Source of the DNA: Epithemia pelagica
Lineage: Eukaryota > Protista > Bacillariophyta
Length of the DNA stretch: 64,000 nucleotides
Assembly: GCA_946965045.2 (NCBI GenBank)
Contig: OX337239.1
Location: 124,001 to 188,000, forward strand
Direction: 5' to 3'
Part shown: positions 48,730 to 60,105 of the stretch, in pieces
How positions within the stretch are numbered: the first letter of the stretch is position 1
Layout: each line of letters begins with the position of its first letter
The notes under the pieces: model-generated
The model's input: only the letters and a program-made list of their open reading frames with translations
What the model was told of the DNA's origin: nothing
The model's database searches: none
Position numbers and translations under genes: made by a program

Positions 48730-50572
48730 TGTTGTCAGCCTTTGGATTGACGAGTGGCACTACCAAGTATTCTCATTTGGATGCCGTTCAAAAGTCACTC
48801 TAGCTACGTGGACGATGACGAAACACTGGACAGTAGTCGGTTTTCGGATTTCACGTCCGAGACAGATCGTTCCATATCTAGTGGCTACGCCAAGGATGTT
48901 GGACCGCTTTGCACCCATGCCGCGGATTGCGTCAATGGAGAGTGTTGAACATCTTCTTCTGTTAGTACATATGCCGATCTTCCTCATCGGGATCCGTTTT
49001 TGCTCTTGTATCACAAATGGAAACAATCGTCTCCGTCATCTTCTCAAGAACGGCAAGTACGCAATCCACGACGACGAGACGTGTTTTATGAGGATTATGC
49101 GAACGATTCGTATGACGAAACGGATTCGTCCTGGTCCGAATTCAATGACACTGATGTCTCAACATCAATCTCATCATCATCTTCTTCTTCTTTGTCGTCG
49201 CAATTGGGACAAGTGCAGTGGATGCGCTACAAGTTTGATCATGGTTTCTTTGTCGGCCGGTTGCCCGTACTTCTAACGTCATCATTATCCTCATCCTCCA
49301 ATCATGCACGCTTTTCCCAAGCGGCCATTTTCAGCATTCGGTTGCCTTCCCGCGATGCACCCGATCAAGGCATTGATTTGGCCAAGGCTCAATTTGGTGG
49401 CTTCATCCTACGTGTCTGCTCCGATGGTGGCACCTACCAAGCCGTACGATACCAGGGGAATCGAATATGTCTGCAACTTTACCACCGTCACGAAACAATC
49501 ACAAAAACAAACAACAACACCAACCACAGGAAACAATCAAACTGTCTTGCTTTCTCGAAATAAATTCACCACGGTCTGATTACCCTTTGAATGGTTCCAA
49601 CCCGTCCATTGTCGGAGGCCGACTCACACGGCAAATGAAGAAACGACGACAGAAGAGCCCATCACCCTGGACGATGTACCGGATTTTGTGGGTCAGGATG
49701 TTCGACATAATGGATTCCGGTTTCAAACGGCTAACAATCTACCACTGGGCCTTGTTCCACCACAGCGAGCAGTAGCAACACGGGAGATACATCTGCGACC
49801 GACACATCACGATTGTTGCAACGATTGAGTTCCAATTCGTATTGCGGGTACAGCAACAATGATTACAACAAAGTGTTTGGCAATGATCAACAAGTGCCGG
49901 AGCAATCCTTTTATTTGGCCTTTACCTATATTAAATTGTACCGATTGCAACCGGAACCGGAATTTGTACGTGTCAGCGACGCGTTTATTCCACCCAAGGT
50001 GTCTCTGGACATGATTCGAAAAAAGGCTTGTCGTGCCAACGAATCTTGATCGAAACGATCGTTCTAACTCCCAGAAGGAGGAGGGTCAGACAGAGCATAT
50101 GTCCTCAAGTACAACCTCCTCCAGAAGCCTGGACATTGTATCAGGAAAATTGGGTACCGGAACGAGAGCCATTGCATGGGAAGATGGCAAGGGAGAGACT
50201 ATCACTCACGAGGAGCAGGAGGACAACGACCAGGATCATGTCCCTTCGGCAAATGTTGGTGGCACTGTAAATGGGGAAACAAGCTTGTCACAGGAACGTG
50301 ACTTGTATTACAGATTTATGGAAGAAGACATTTTGAAAAAGAGTGAATTGGCCTATGCCGTGGTACGGATTCCTAGTTACTACGGAGAGGAGGATCAAGT
50401 CAAGGCGGCTCGAGCATCCTTGCAGGGCATTGAACTGTCGGCCAGTCCCTTGGTGCCTCAAAGGCCGCATGACAAGGTAGCTGTCACGCACGATCAAGTG
50501 GTACAAGTCTGTGTCAGTGCCCTATTGGATGCCAATGCCATGAACAAGTCGTTTTATATTCGACCCAAATAA
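48730..50572 (+). pseudogene. NAD(P)-binding (SDR-like) protein with CIA30-like insert, HCF173-like; pseudogene
   Basis: GFILRVCSDGGTY, LAFTYIKLYRLQPEPEFV, EDILKKSELAYAVVR..HDQVVQVCVSALLDANAMNKSFY in different frames. Confidence 0.6.
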
Positions 50573-50984
50573 CATGCGACGGCATCATCGGGCAGAGGAC
50601 CTGGAGAATCCCTGTCAGGGGATACGGATCAGGAGCTGACAGACCAATTCAAGTCTCTCCCACCCGATTCCGTCACTTCTTCGTTGTGAACGTGTGATGG
50701 ATGGGATCGGGAGAGTGACAAACATGTATTGCCCGGGACGATCTTTGTGAGAGAGTGGCAATCACACGTACTCCAACAAACGACCTTTTTGTTTCTCTGC
50801 AGCAACCATGCTGGCGATAGTGATAGAGATATTATGTGTGATTGGACGAGGAGTTAATCCAGTTCTTTTTACTACCTAGTAAGGCGCTTTTCAACCACGA
50901 AACAAACATGCTAAATGGCTTCTTCTGTTGTATCGCAACGATTTTGGAAAACGTAAGCCGCGATGACCGTAAAGCTCCTCGCAC

Positions 50985-52517
50985 TCATGAGTCGCTTGTT
51001 TCCAATGAAACCCGAGCACGCTTTGACGATCTCGCCTCAGTTGTATCATCTGATACTTCGGTGCTCATCAAATCATCGTTAGCGGTGGAAGTTGACAAAG
51101 TCCTACCTTTCTCTTCCAATGTTTCTTCCAGTTCCTGGTGCGAAAAATGGATGAGGTCGGCGAGAGACGACCGGCTCAGATTGGGACTGGCCATGAACGT
51201 GTCAACCAGAAATCGTTGCTTCCGCTTTTGCGAGTCACGCTGTGCTTCACAAAGTTCTGTCCGTTTGTGCAAGGACTCTGCAAGTGCTTTCATCGCCTTC
51301 ATAGGGAGTAGTGGAGGATTGTCGTCGGCAGGGTGGCCGGCAAGCATGCCGATCAACACTCTATCTAATTTGCGCCCTTCTTCAATCACTTCTCGTTGCG
51401 CTTTTTGACGAACTTCCCTGTGCGCAAATTCGTCGCGACTTTTCTTTCGGTATGCTTCATACTCATCCCGAACTCTTTTGTTTTCGTCACGAGCGCCTTG
51501 CAAAGCTCTTTCTTTTTCTCGTTGACTCGCCTCTATCACATCCTCCAACTCCTTGTTCTTCTTGCGGAGAACATCCAACTCCTTGTTCTTCTTGCGGAGA
51601 ACATCCAACTCAGTTGTGTTGCTGTTTACTTTTCTCTGCAACTCCGTATTTTGTCTTTGCAGAAATCCTAACTGACTCTTCAATTTCTTATTCTTGTTGT
51701 CTTCTTCCGTAACCGTTTTCCGTCGGTCTATGGTTGCATCTTGTTCATTACGAGAGGACAACTCATCAGTCAGCTGCTTCACTTGTGATTTGAGTTCATC
51801 TATCTGAGCTTGCTTGCTTACGACTATCTGAGCTTGCTTGCTTGCGACAAACTCTTGAATGACATCAGCAAACCCTTTTCGGAGGACTTTGGCGGGACTA
51901 GTCTGCATTCTCATTCGAGCCACGGCATAGTCCAGAAAGGGCTGGAATGGAGGACTGGATTGATCACGAGGGCCCATAAGACTTGAGGGGCACAGTTCCA
52001 CCATTTTGCAAAACATGCCTTCGCTTGTGTAAGCATGAGTGAGTGGAAATACTCCATGCTTGTTCTTTTGCATGAAGCCATCTGGGTACAAGGTATGCAG
52101 GTCAGCCAAAAGTTGTTCACTCCCTGCTGCGCGGGCCACTAGATGAATTGGTAAATTTCCCACAGCATCCGTGGTCTTGGCTCCCTGCGGATATGCGCTT
52201 AAAACCAGTTGAGCACATTCTCGTTCGCGCGGGGACGAGGTACAAACAAGGTGAATAGGCAGTTGCGACTGTTTGGTTTTCACCGAAAAACAGGCTGAGT
52301 TCACGTCTTGAAAAAGCTGAAACGCTCGTTTATCCGTGCAGCAACGAAAGCAAAGGTGATGAATGGGCAAATATCCATGGCGATCCTGCCGCATCAGCGC
52401 TGCTGGGTCGGACTTGACCAACTTGGAAATTTCCCGGAAACCCGCATCTGAGGACAAGTAGTCGTTTGTATTATTCACAATTGTTTGATGAAGAACAAAG
52501 TGCTCCGGCACTGGCAT
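50985..52517 (-). CDS. Ankyrin-like repeat plus coiled-coil protein (510 aa, intronless)
   Basis: DRHGYLPIHHLC, KQSQLPIHLVC, DAVGNLPIHLVA, NKHGVFPLTHA, then long heptad-like region. Confidence 0.85.
   Translation of the reverse strand: MPVPEHFVLHQTIVNNTNDYLSSDAGFREISKLVKSDPAALMRQDRHGYLPIHHLCFRCCTDKRAFQLFQDVNSACFSVKTKQSQLPIHLVCTSSPRERECAQLVLSAYPQGAKTTDAVGNLPIHLVARAAGSEQLLADLHTLYPDGFMQKNKHGVFPLTHAYTSEGMFCKMVELCPSSLMGPRDQSSPPFQPFLDYAVARMRMQTSPAKVLRKGFADVIQEFVASKQAQIVVSKQAQIDELKSQVKQLTDELSSRNEQDATIDRRKTVTEEDNKNKKLKSQLGFLQRQNTELQRKVNSNTTELDVLRKKNKELDVLRKKNKELEDVIEASQREKERALQGARDENKRVRDEYEAYRKKSRDEFAHREVRQKAQREVIEEGRKLDRVLIGMLAGHPADDNPPLLPMKAMKALAESLHKRTELCEAQRDSQKRKQRFLVDTFMASPNLSRSSLADLIHFSHQELEETLEEKGRTLSTSTANDDLMSTEVSDDTTEARSSKRARVSLETSDS
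51545..51611. repeat. 30-bp in-frame tandem duplication (ELDVLRKKNK x2)
   Basis: CCAACTCCTTGTTCTTCTTGCGGAGAACAT repeated twice. Confidence 0.9.
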
Positions 52518-53949
52518 GACTGCTGTAATAGTTTTGTCAGGAGAAGATTAGTACGAGAAGATGGATCACCACTGTGGGTTATGGCAATGGCCGCCTTGAG
52601 TTGTCGTTGCAGGGATTCTCGGCCTGAGAAGAGTGAGCTCTTCTCACCTTGCTTTTCATCCACTCTCTGCGTTGAAATCTGGTTCAACCTTCAATCACAC
52701 AACCCCATGGAAAGCATGTGGCGTTTTCACCCGATTCTATGTAATCAATACTATTGCTTGTCCAAAACTAATGCTCTGGGTAGTGGTACAATATCGACCA
52801 CACTCACCCCATTCGGTATATTTCTATTTAACAAACTAGTCGTGGTGAGCTCAAAGTTCCAGCAGCCCCGAGTTCAGACAGATTCGATCCGCCTCCTTTC
52901 AACATCAACTGGGTATCAAACGGAGGAGGCGGTATCCCAAGCGGAGGCTGAGTCGTGAGGTTTCGTGAATGAGCGCAGATTTATGTTCATGTAACAGACA
53001 AAAAGAGGCAGTCACGAAATCTCATGACTCATTATTTCGCTAGGAGGTAGAGGAGGCGGATCTATTTCTGTTTCTCGCGAGCCATGGACTGATTTAGGCC
53101 GTACATCGGGGCTATGATGGATCTGTTGGAGTATTCCTGTTATAGGAGTCGTACGAGTACTGTAGTGCATCTGATACGAGAGAACAACCACACATACACA
53201 CGACGCACGGCCGAGAGACAGCGATGCTCCTACAAACCACAATAATGAACACTGTGGCAAGAACGCATCCTCCTAAGGACGAGGCGGTTCTACTACCCCC
53301 TCCTCCGCCTCTGGTCGTGGCTCATGCTGTCTCTTCCAACCTGTCCAGTACAGCACAACACCCTTGTCGTTGTCGTCGTTGTCACGAACACCAGCCGAAA
53401 CCAACGACCAACTTCCGTCGGATGGTCTGTGCACCAAACACAACAACATGGACCATCACAGACACACGCCTCACCATTCACCATAGGGAGAACTGACTCC
53501 CGTGTGTGTGTGAGAAGGTTCCGACTGCCGCCCCCAACTGAGACAGAAATGGCACAGCACAAGTATAGAGAATGGAGCAATCCTACCACTACCAGGTCTT
53601 GGCTCTTGGCGTTTGATTGTCGAGACCTTGGTTTTTGGTTTGGTTCTCTCTAGAGTATAGTAGCTCTTGTGGTTAGCCGATAGACGAGATAGAGAAAGAG
53701 CGATTTGTCCTGCAACCTACAATAGCAACGCTAGCACGAGCCCGCCTCGCCAACTCCAACAGACACCCAACGACGGCGGCCAACCTTATGTTGGAGTGCT
53801 CCAATCCAACTTGGAACTCGGAACCACAACTAGACTCCTTCTTGCACCAAGGAGAACGCTGCTCATGAGAATGAGGACGATGATCGTGAGCATGAGGATG
53901 ATGATGATCCTGAGAATGATACTGGTGATTCTGATTCTTCATCTTGTTG

Positions 53950-54535
53950 TGGGTAGGATACCGTCGCATGGCTTGAGCTTGCTGTTCCATGAGAGCAAGA
54001 TTGGCACCGACGGCATCGGCCAAGTCGATCTTGTTGATAACGGGCAAATCTGATTCGGTAATGCCCGGTCCACCCTTGCGTGGCACCTTGTCGCCACCGG
54101 CCACATCAATCACGTACAATGTCAAATCGGCCAATTCGCGCGAAACGTTGGCCGCCAAATTATCACCCCCCGATTTGCACAACAGCAAGGGCAGGTTGTG
54201 GTTTTGATTGTTTTGGTGTTGATGCAGCATACTGTTGTTGTTGTTGTTGTTGTTGTTTCGTGCCGTTAAATCTTCAAGAGCCGAGAGATTGGCACTGACA
54301 TCTTCTCGAATAGCTGCATGGGGACAACCGCCCGTTTCCACAGCGGCAACCATCCGTGCGTGTGACAAAGCCTTGTGACGATTCAAAAATTCGGCATCTT
54401 CTTGGGTAAAAATATCACTGGTCACCACAGCCAATGGCGGAGTAGTAGTAGTATTGTGGTGATTGTGTGGTTGGGACAAGGCTCGACACAAGGCCAAGAC
54501 GGTCGGTGGCGGTGTTGCCCGATCCGACCGGTCGG
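53950..54535 (-). pseudogene. ureG: Urease accessory GTPase UreG pseudogene
   Basis: [79 protein letters not shown]-loop is mutated (GSGNT) and frameshifted. Confidence 0.9.
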
Positions 54536-55590
54536 TAAAACTTCCTTGTGCCGTGCCCCTAATTCTGGGACCCACCGTCGATTGAATGGTACTGACTGAT
54601 GTGGGTCCAAACCAACATTCGGCTGCCACATACTCGGCTGCCAACCATGTCATGGCCACTTTTGGAAGGAGTGGTCCGGTTGTACCGCCCAGTACCATGC
54701 CAATGCGGCCAGAATGGATGCGACAATGACAATCCACAATCTCCCTCCAATGGGATCGGTCGTGTCGGGTGACGCATGGGCCACCAACCAATCGGCAGTC
54801 GCTCCTCCAATCAACCCACTCACCGAGGCACCAATGGCACTAATGGCGGCTTGTGTTACAGCATATATATAGTCCGACTGATTATCGGCAAAGGCAAGCC
54901 GAAAGTAGGGACCGCTCCACACTTTTACAGACATGAGAAACAAGTGAATCCAACGTGAGCGAAACGATGAGCGTTCTACACAAACAGTCGTCCATTTATG
55001 AATAGACTTCCAGTAGGCTTACCTCCAATCATGAGTCGAGACGAGAATCGAAAGAGAGATGCCAGGAGAATCAGTTGTACTCGTTGGGTTGCAAAAACAT
55101 CTTTGACATCGTTCCAAACACTGGAAGCAGCGCTGCTCTCCTCGATGGTAGCTTCACTGGCATCCAGCACAGCGTTATTCTGCGGATCATCTTCCAAGAG
55201 AAGAAAGGTAACAACAATTGCTCCAAGACCGTATATTCCCTCCATTCCGTAGGCATTTCTCCAGCTCAGTTGATCATCCAACAAAATGAACAAGGATGCG
55301 AGTGCACTGGCGACTGCAACGTCTGTGGAGTAAAAGCTTGACGCCGATGCAGCACGTTCTGGTGGAGCACGGTCTCGAATCAAGGTAAAGGCGGGCGGAG
55401 CCATTAAGGCACAGGCCAATCCCATTAAAATACGACAGAGAACAATCTGGAAGTAGGAATGAGACACGGTTGTGCCCATTGTGGCCAGCGTCCATGCCAA
55501 TGCAGACGCAAGGGTCAAGGTTTTGCGATTGAACCGATCCGCCGTGGCGCCGGCCACGAGGGAAACAATGGCAAACAAAAGCAATAAGTG
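54535..55590 (-). pseudogene. MFS transporter (spinster-like) fragment retaining an intron (54922-55022)
   Basis: [51 protein letters not shown]...AAAAG intron restores IG-VWSG. Confidence 0.8.
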
Positions 55591-56611
55591 AATGCTACCG
55601 ACGCAAAAAGATGAGAGAGATGAGTTCGGTGCGCATTGCCCGCACGGACTGCATCCAATTTGATCTTGGTTCCTCTAAGGTTAACGGTCTAACGGACGAT
55701 CTGAGAAGAGGGGCTTAGACAGATGTGCGCCGTCTACCTAATTTCGATCTAAGTCTTGGTCCCAAAACGGATAGGATCCGCCGGTCGAGCCTTCAGGAAA
55801 GCTACTTGTCCCCAGTCCCCACATCCAACGCTCTTTGAGGGGTTCATTGTTTTGTTGTTGTGTGCACCTTTCCATTTCCGATCAAACATATAATAGATCC
55901 ATCGACACCTTTCGAATGGAGTGGCCGCATGCTTGAGATGACCGTCGTCCTTCAAGCAAGTGCATCATGGTGAATTCAGCAGTTTGTTTCGACAAGGGGG
56001 GAAAATCTTCATCTGTTACATCATGACAACGTCGCCGTGATCACTACGTACAGGCATGGGATATGGAACAAGAGGATGTCTTCTCTTGTACCAGCATAGT
56101 AAGCCCTGACACCGACAGTCTATCACGCGATCAAGCTTTTGATTCGTGTAGTACTGAAGTAAATTCGACCACGAAGAATGTCCCTTTACCGGAAACCACG
56201 CGATCAGGAGAAGGTACTCTTAAAGAGACTTTCCCTCATGATGAGACAAGGGACAGCAAACTGGGAGATATGGATTTGCTCCCATGTCGGTCACCTGATG
56301 ATGATGCAGAACAAAACCTTCGTGATCAGCCTCTACACACAGATGATGAAGAGAGAACACCAATGGAAGATGCGATTCGGGAGATGGAACAAGAGAGGAC
56401 GAAAGATGTGCCTGATAAAAAGACATGGCTTGAAGAACAGGTCTCTACTAGCCATGAGAAACTTGGGATGACATGTTACTGTATTCGAAAAGAAGACCGA
56501 CGACGAGAAAGAAAGGTAGCGACTCCTTGTACGGTACCGAAGCAAAGCATCCATGGCATCTCATGTGGGAGCCGGAACAGGGAAACCGGGGTCGCATGGC
56601 ACGGGGGGTTC

Positions 56612-56770
56612 CATGTCGAGGCTCTCGCGTACATTTAGCTTTTTCCGGTCACGTTCCTCTATGGGGGGGATCAAAGAAGGTGGGTGTACCACGTCAAGAG
56701 CAGCAAGAACGCAACGAGCAAATTCACGGATCTGATCTGATGATTCTTTCGACAAATTCCGCTCCAGAAA
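56612..56770 (+). repeat. ~160-bp dispersed repeat, copy 2 (of 48333-48490)
   Basis: Direct sequence match to 48333-48490. Confidence 0.9.
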
Positions 56771-58789
56771 CCCGCACAACAGACAGGCGGCACCACCCCA
56801 TTCCTGTCGTCGTCATTCTTGGACGATGAAGCTGGTTCGCACGGAGAGGCACCGGAGGGTGACTATGAGTTTTGTCTGGCGTTGTCGCATCATGTGCACC
56901 ATCGGCTGTCGGTCTATCATGCCTTTATGGAATTTGTGTTGGGGATTGCCTTTTCCGAGCGACAACAACATGTTCACGATGAGGAGAACCGCGGTGAGGA
57001 ACTGTTCACTGTTGCTCTGAGCACCAAGGCTGACGACACCAGGGGAAACGTTGGCCAACCACAACAATCGTGCTGTGTTTTGGGCATGTTGCGGGTGGGG
57101 AAAGAGACCACACAAGCCTTGCAACACTTGATTGCGCTCTATGTAGGGATTCCCATGGGAGACGATTTGCAAACACTGTGTCGGGCATCGGATCATTTGG
57201 CCGCCTACGGCTTTAAGAACCAAAGATCTTGCCACCGCCATCGATGTCCTGTGGCGAAGAAGATCAAAACTCGTCAGGAGGAGAATGAACGCTCTGCTGC
57301 CGCAGTTGTGATCCAGCGCGCATTTCATCAGAGTCGTGCTATCTTCGAAGATCCCGCAATTTGTGACAGAGTGTCTGGCTCGTTGTTTACGCGCTGGACA
57401 GTACTTCTTCTCATGATTTCGTGGTCGATCGCAGCAACGATACTTTTGGTCAAGCCACAGGGCAAAATTGCGGACATGGGCTGGAATGCATCATCATCAC
57501 GAACATACTGTGTTTGGTCACGGCAAGCATCGTCATGCTGCACTTGGTCATTTTGAACGTCGATACCTTGAAGATTGAAGACCACGAACATTGGAAACCA
57601 TCCTCAAGTCCTTCCACTGAGCCAACCGTGCCAATGTCAGCCCACCCCAGTGGACAGCGAAATGGCAAGCGTTCATCCCCGAGCAAACGTACGTCCATTG
57701 AAGGAACATCAAGCAAGATGAATCGCAGCACACGACCGCATACGTCGCCAGCTGCATCAACAAAGACCTCCAAGGCACTAATCTCATCATATCCCAGCAG
57801 TTCCTCCGTCAGAGACTCTACCTCATCACTGTACGTGTCTCCGTCCTCTACGCTCCTTGGCTGTAGAAGAGTTATAAAGTGTGTTCACATACACAAGTCC
57901 TAGATTGACTGCAAAGCACTCTTCTCATGGCCATGACCGTCCCGAACGAACGAAGATCTCTTGTGCGTATCAAACGTGGCGGTTTCTTCTTTCTCTCCAT
58001 AGCTGTGTTTGCCCACCCTTTGGAATCGAACGGAAGGCAATGCGAATAACGGCTCTTCATGGCATTGTTGAAATGGGAGGATTGCGGTTGGGACATGGAT
58101 ACGAATGTCAAAGCAACAATAGTGTCGAATAGGACAAGAACAACACCAACCACCACCACAACCACACGAAAGGATCAAGACACACGGGAGCAGGTCACCA
58201 CACGGTCGTCCACCAATAAACAAGGCAACACCGTATATATAGACCGGTACACCACTCGTTCCGTGACTCTCCTGGTTTTCTTCTTCTTTGGTGTCAATCC
58301 CTCCTTGGATCGACTTGTGTGTGAGGCTCATGGGCAGCCAATCTCTCTCGAATTTGCCTTTGTTTGTTTTGCGTTTGGATGGGAACTCAGGAGCGATGAT
58401 TCCGAGAGACATTTTCTCTCTCCATCACACCTTCCCAAAGAATCCTCCTACTGGAATGGATGAGAATGCGCGAAAGTTCCTGGAACAAACGAGAGGAGGA
58501 CCCCAAAAATAGAATCGAGACAGGGAACGCCATTTCTCTACCTAGAAATCGACAAGGGCCGCGTGCAATCGATTCGGTTTCTCGTTCGTGGCACACGTGT
58601 GTGAATCGCTAGAGTGCTCTCCAGTCGGTTGGTGGTACTGGCGCATTGGTTTCTTTGTCTTTTCTGCCTTGGAGGTTTCTGCCAAGTCTTGCTAAAAACT
58701 TCCGATATCATCATGACACCCTTCTTGCTCGATTACACTCGGCATGTTGTTGTTCGGTTGCTTCTCATCGTCGTCTCAAGGCTAGCTAT

Positions 58790-59090
58790 GATACCTGTGT
58801 GGCCAAACTAACCGAAATGGTCATTCCCTACATTCCGGCCGTGGCCGGCATGTTGGTCTATGCCGATTTTTCGTCCTTGTTACCGCAAAAGACGTTTGAA
58901 TGGGAAGAAATCTTGTCCACCATTTTGTTCCATCATGCCCGCGTTGTCTTGACGCCCGGTGCCAGTCAACGCAACGTCGAACCCGGCATTTTTCGCATTT
59001 ACTATGCCAGGGTCTCACCCAATGTGTTGGACATTGCCATGGAACGATTGAGTCGTATTGTGGCACGGTTGCGAAGTAATTATGCTGACG
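58790..59090 (+). pseudogene. PLP-dependent class I aminotransferase (ACC-synthase-like) C-terminal fragment
   Basis: IPYIPAVAGMLVYADFSSLL..VVLTPG..EPGIFRIYYA..DIAMERL. Confidence 0.7.
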
Positions 59091-59332
59091 ATTGGAAACT
59101 GGCCGCGCAAACACCCAATGTCCTATCCGAGAAGCCGACGGACGACCAGGACCTATCACCAGTAACACCACCTCATACGGGAGGCATGAGTCATTCTCAT
59201 TCTCTGTCGTCGTCGCCTCAGGCGGCTATTCATGGCGCCTTTGCTGGAGTGTTGGATGGCTAATACTTTGTGTCGACAAGGACCGATCGACCCAACCACT
59301 CATAGTCTCTGTTGCGTACAGCTCTTGGTGGA

Positions 59333-59940
59333 AAGCCCGCTCGCGACGTCAACGCGGCTGTACAATGAACGGGTGAGGCGACAGGACGTCAATGGACGCC
59401 TGTCAGGCACTATGGCACACCCCAGAGGCTTATCAGAGGAAACCCCAAACTCGTAACTCGTCCCCACCATCTGGACACGAGTGCCCAGGGTGAGTAGGCT
59501 AATCAAGAGGTAGCCCTAATCTCTTGGAGTACATACAATTTGAACGGAGGACGAGGCGACCGTATTGTATGTACTCTTGAGGCTAATCAGAGGAGCCCCC
59601 AAACTCCCCACCATCTGGACACGAGTGCCCAGGGTGAGTAGGCTAATCAAGAGGTAGCCTTAATCTCTAGGAGAACATACAATTTGAACGGTGGAGGCGA
59701 CAGGACGTCAATGGACGCCTGTCATGCAACTATATGGCACACCTCACGCCGTATTGTATGTAACTCCTGAGGCAATCAGAGGAGCCTCTAAACTCCCCAC
59801 CATCTGAACACGAGTGCCCAGAGGGTGAGTAGGCTAATCAAGAGGTAGCCCTAATCTCTATCTGGCACAGAGACCAAAGTCTCCATGCCAGATACCTGGT
59901 GACACAAGGACAAGTCCTCATGCCACCAGGGTTTTGTGAT
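59333..59940. repeat. Modular tandem array of hairpin-forming units, copy 2
   Basis: 63-bp unit x3 (59462, 59606, 59795), GACAGGACGTCAATGGACGCCTGTC x2 (59380, 59699), 13-bp stem GAGTACATACAAT/ATTGTATGTACTC, then one B+C unit at 59864-59940. Confidence 0.9.
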
Positions 59941-60105
59941 AACACCGACCGAACGGACACACCAACAAGGACCACCAACAAGGACGTCTCCGACAAGGAC
60001 GTCTCCGACAAGGACTCTAGCTAGACTCAGCTGATGTAGGAGTAGGAGTAAAATTTAGCAATCGGTAAGGGGTATTGAGTGAGTAGGTTGAGTAGGAAAG
60101 ATTCA

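Noticed and set aside
56819-57556. 245-aa ORF as an intact gene
   Set aside because: Appears to be a join of unrelated pieces (a globular fragment, an IQ-like motif, a TM stretch) with no clear start. No family could be assigned.
59570-59660. HDV-like ribozyme (GGCTAAT, CTCTTGA/TCAAGAG pairing)
   Set aside because: Could not build P1, P1.1 or a canonical L3. The pairings fit a simple multibranch fold instead.
59462-59860. CRISPR array (63-bp repeat x3)
   Set aside because: Intervening sequences are unequal and homologous to each other, repeats are too long, there are no cas genes, and the context is eukaryotic.
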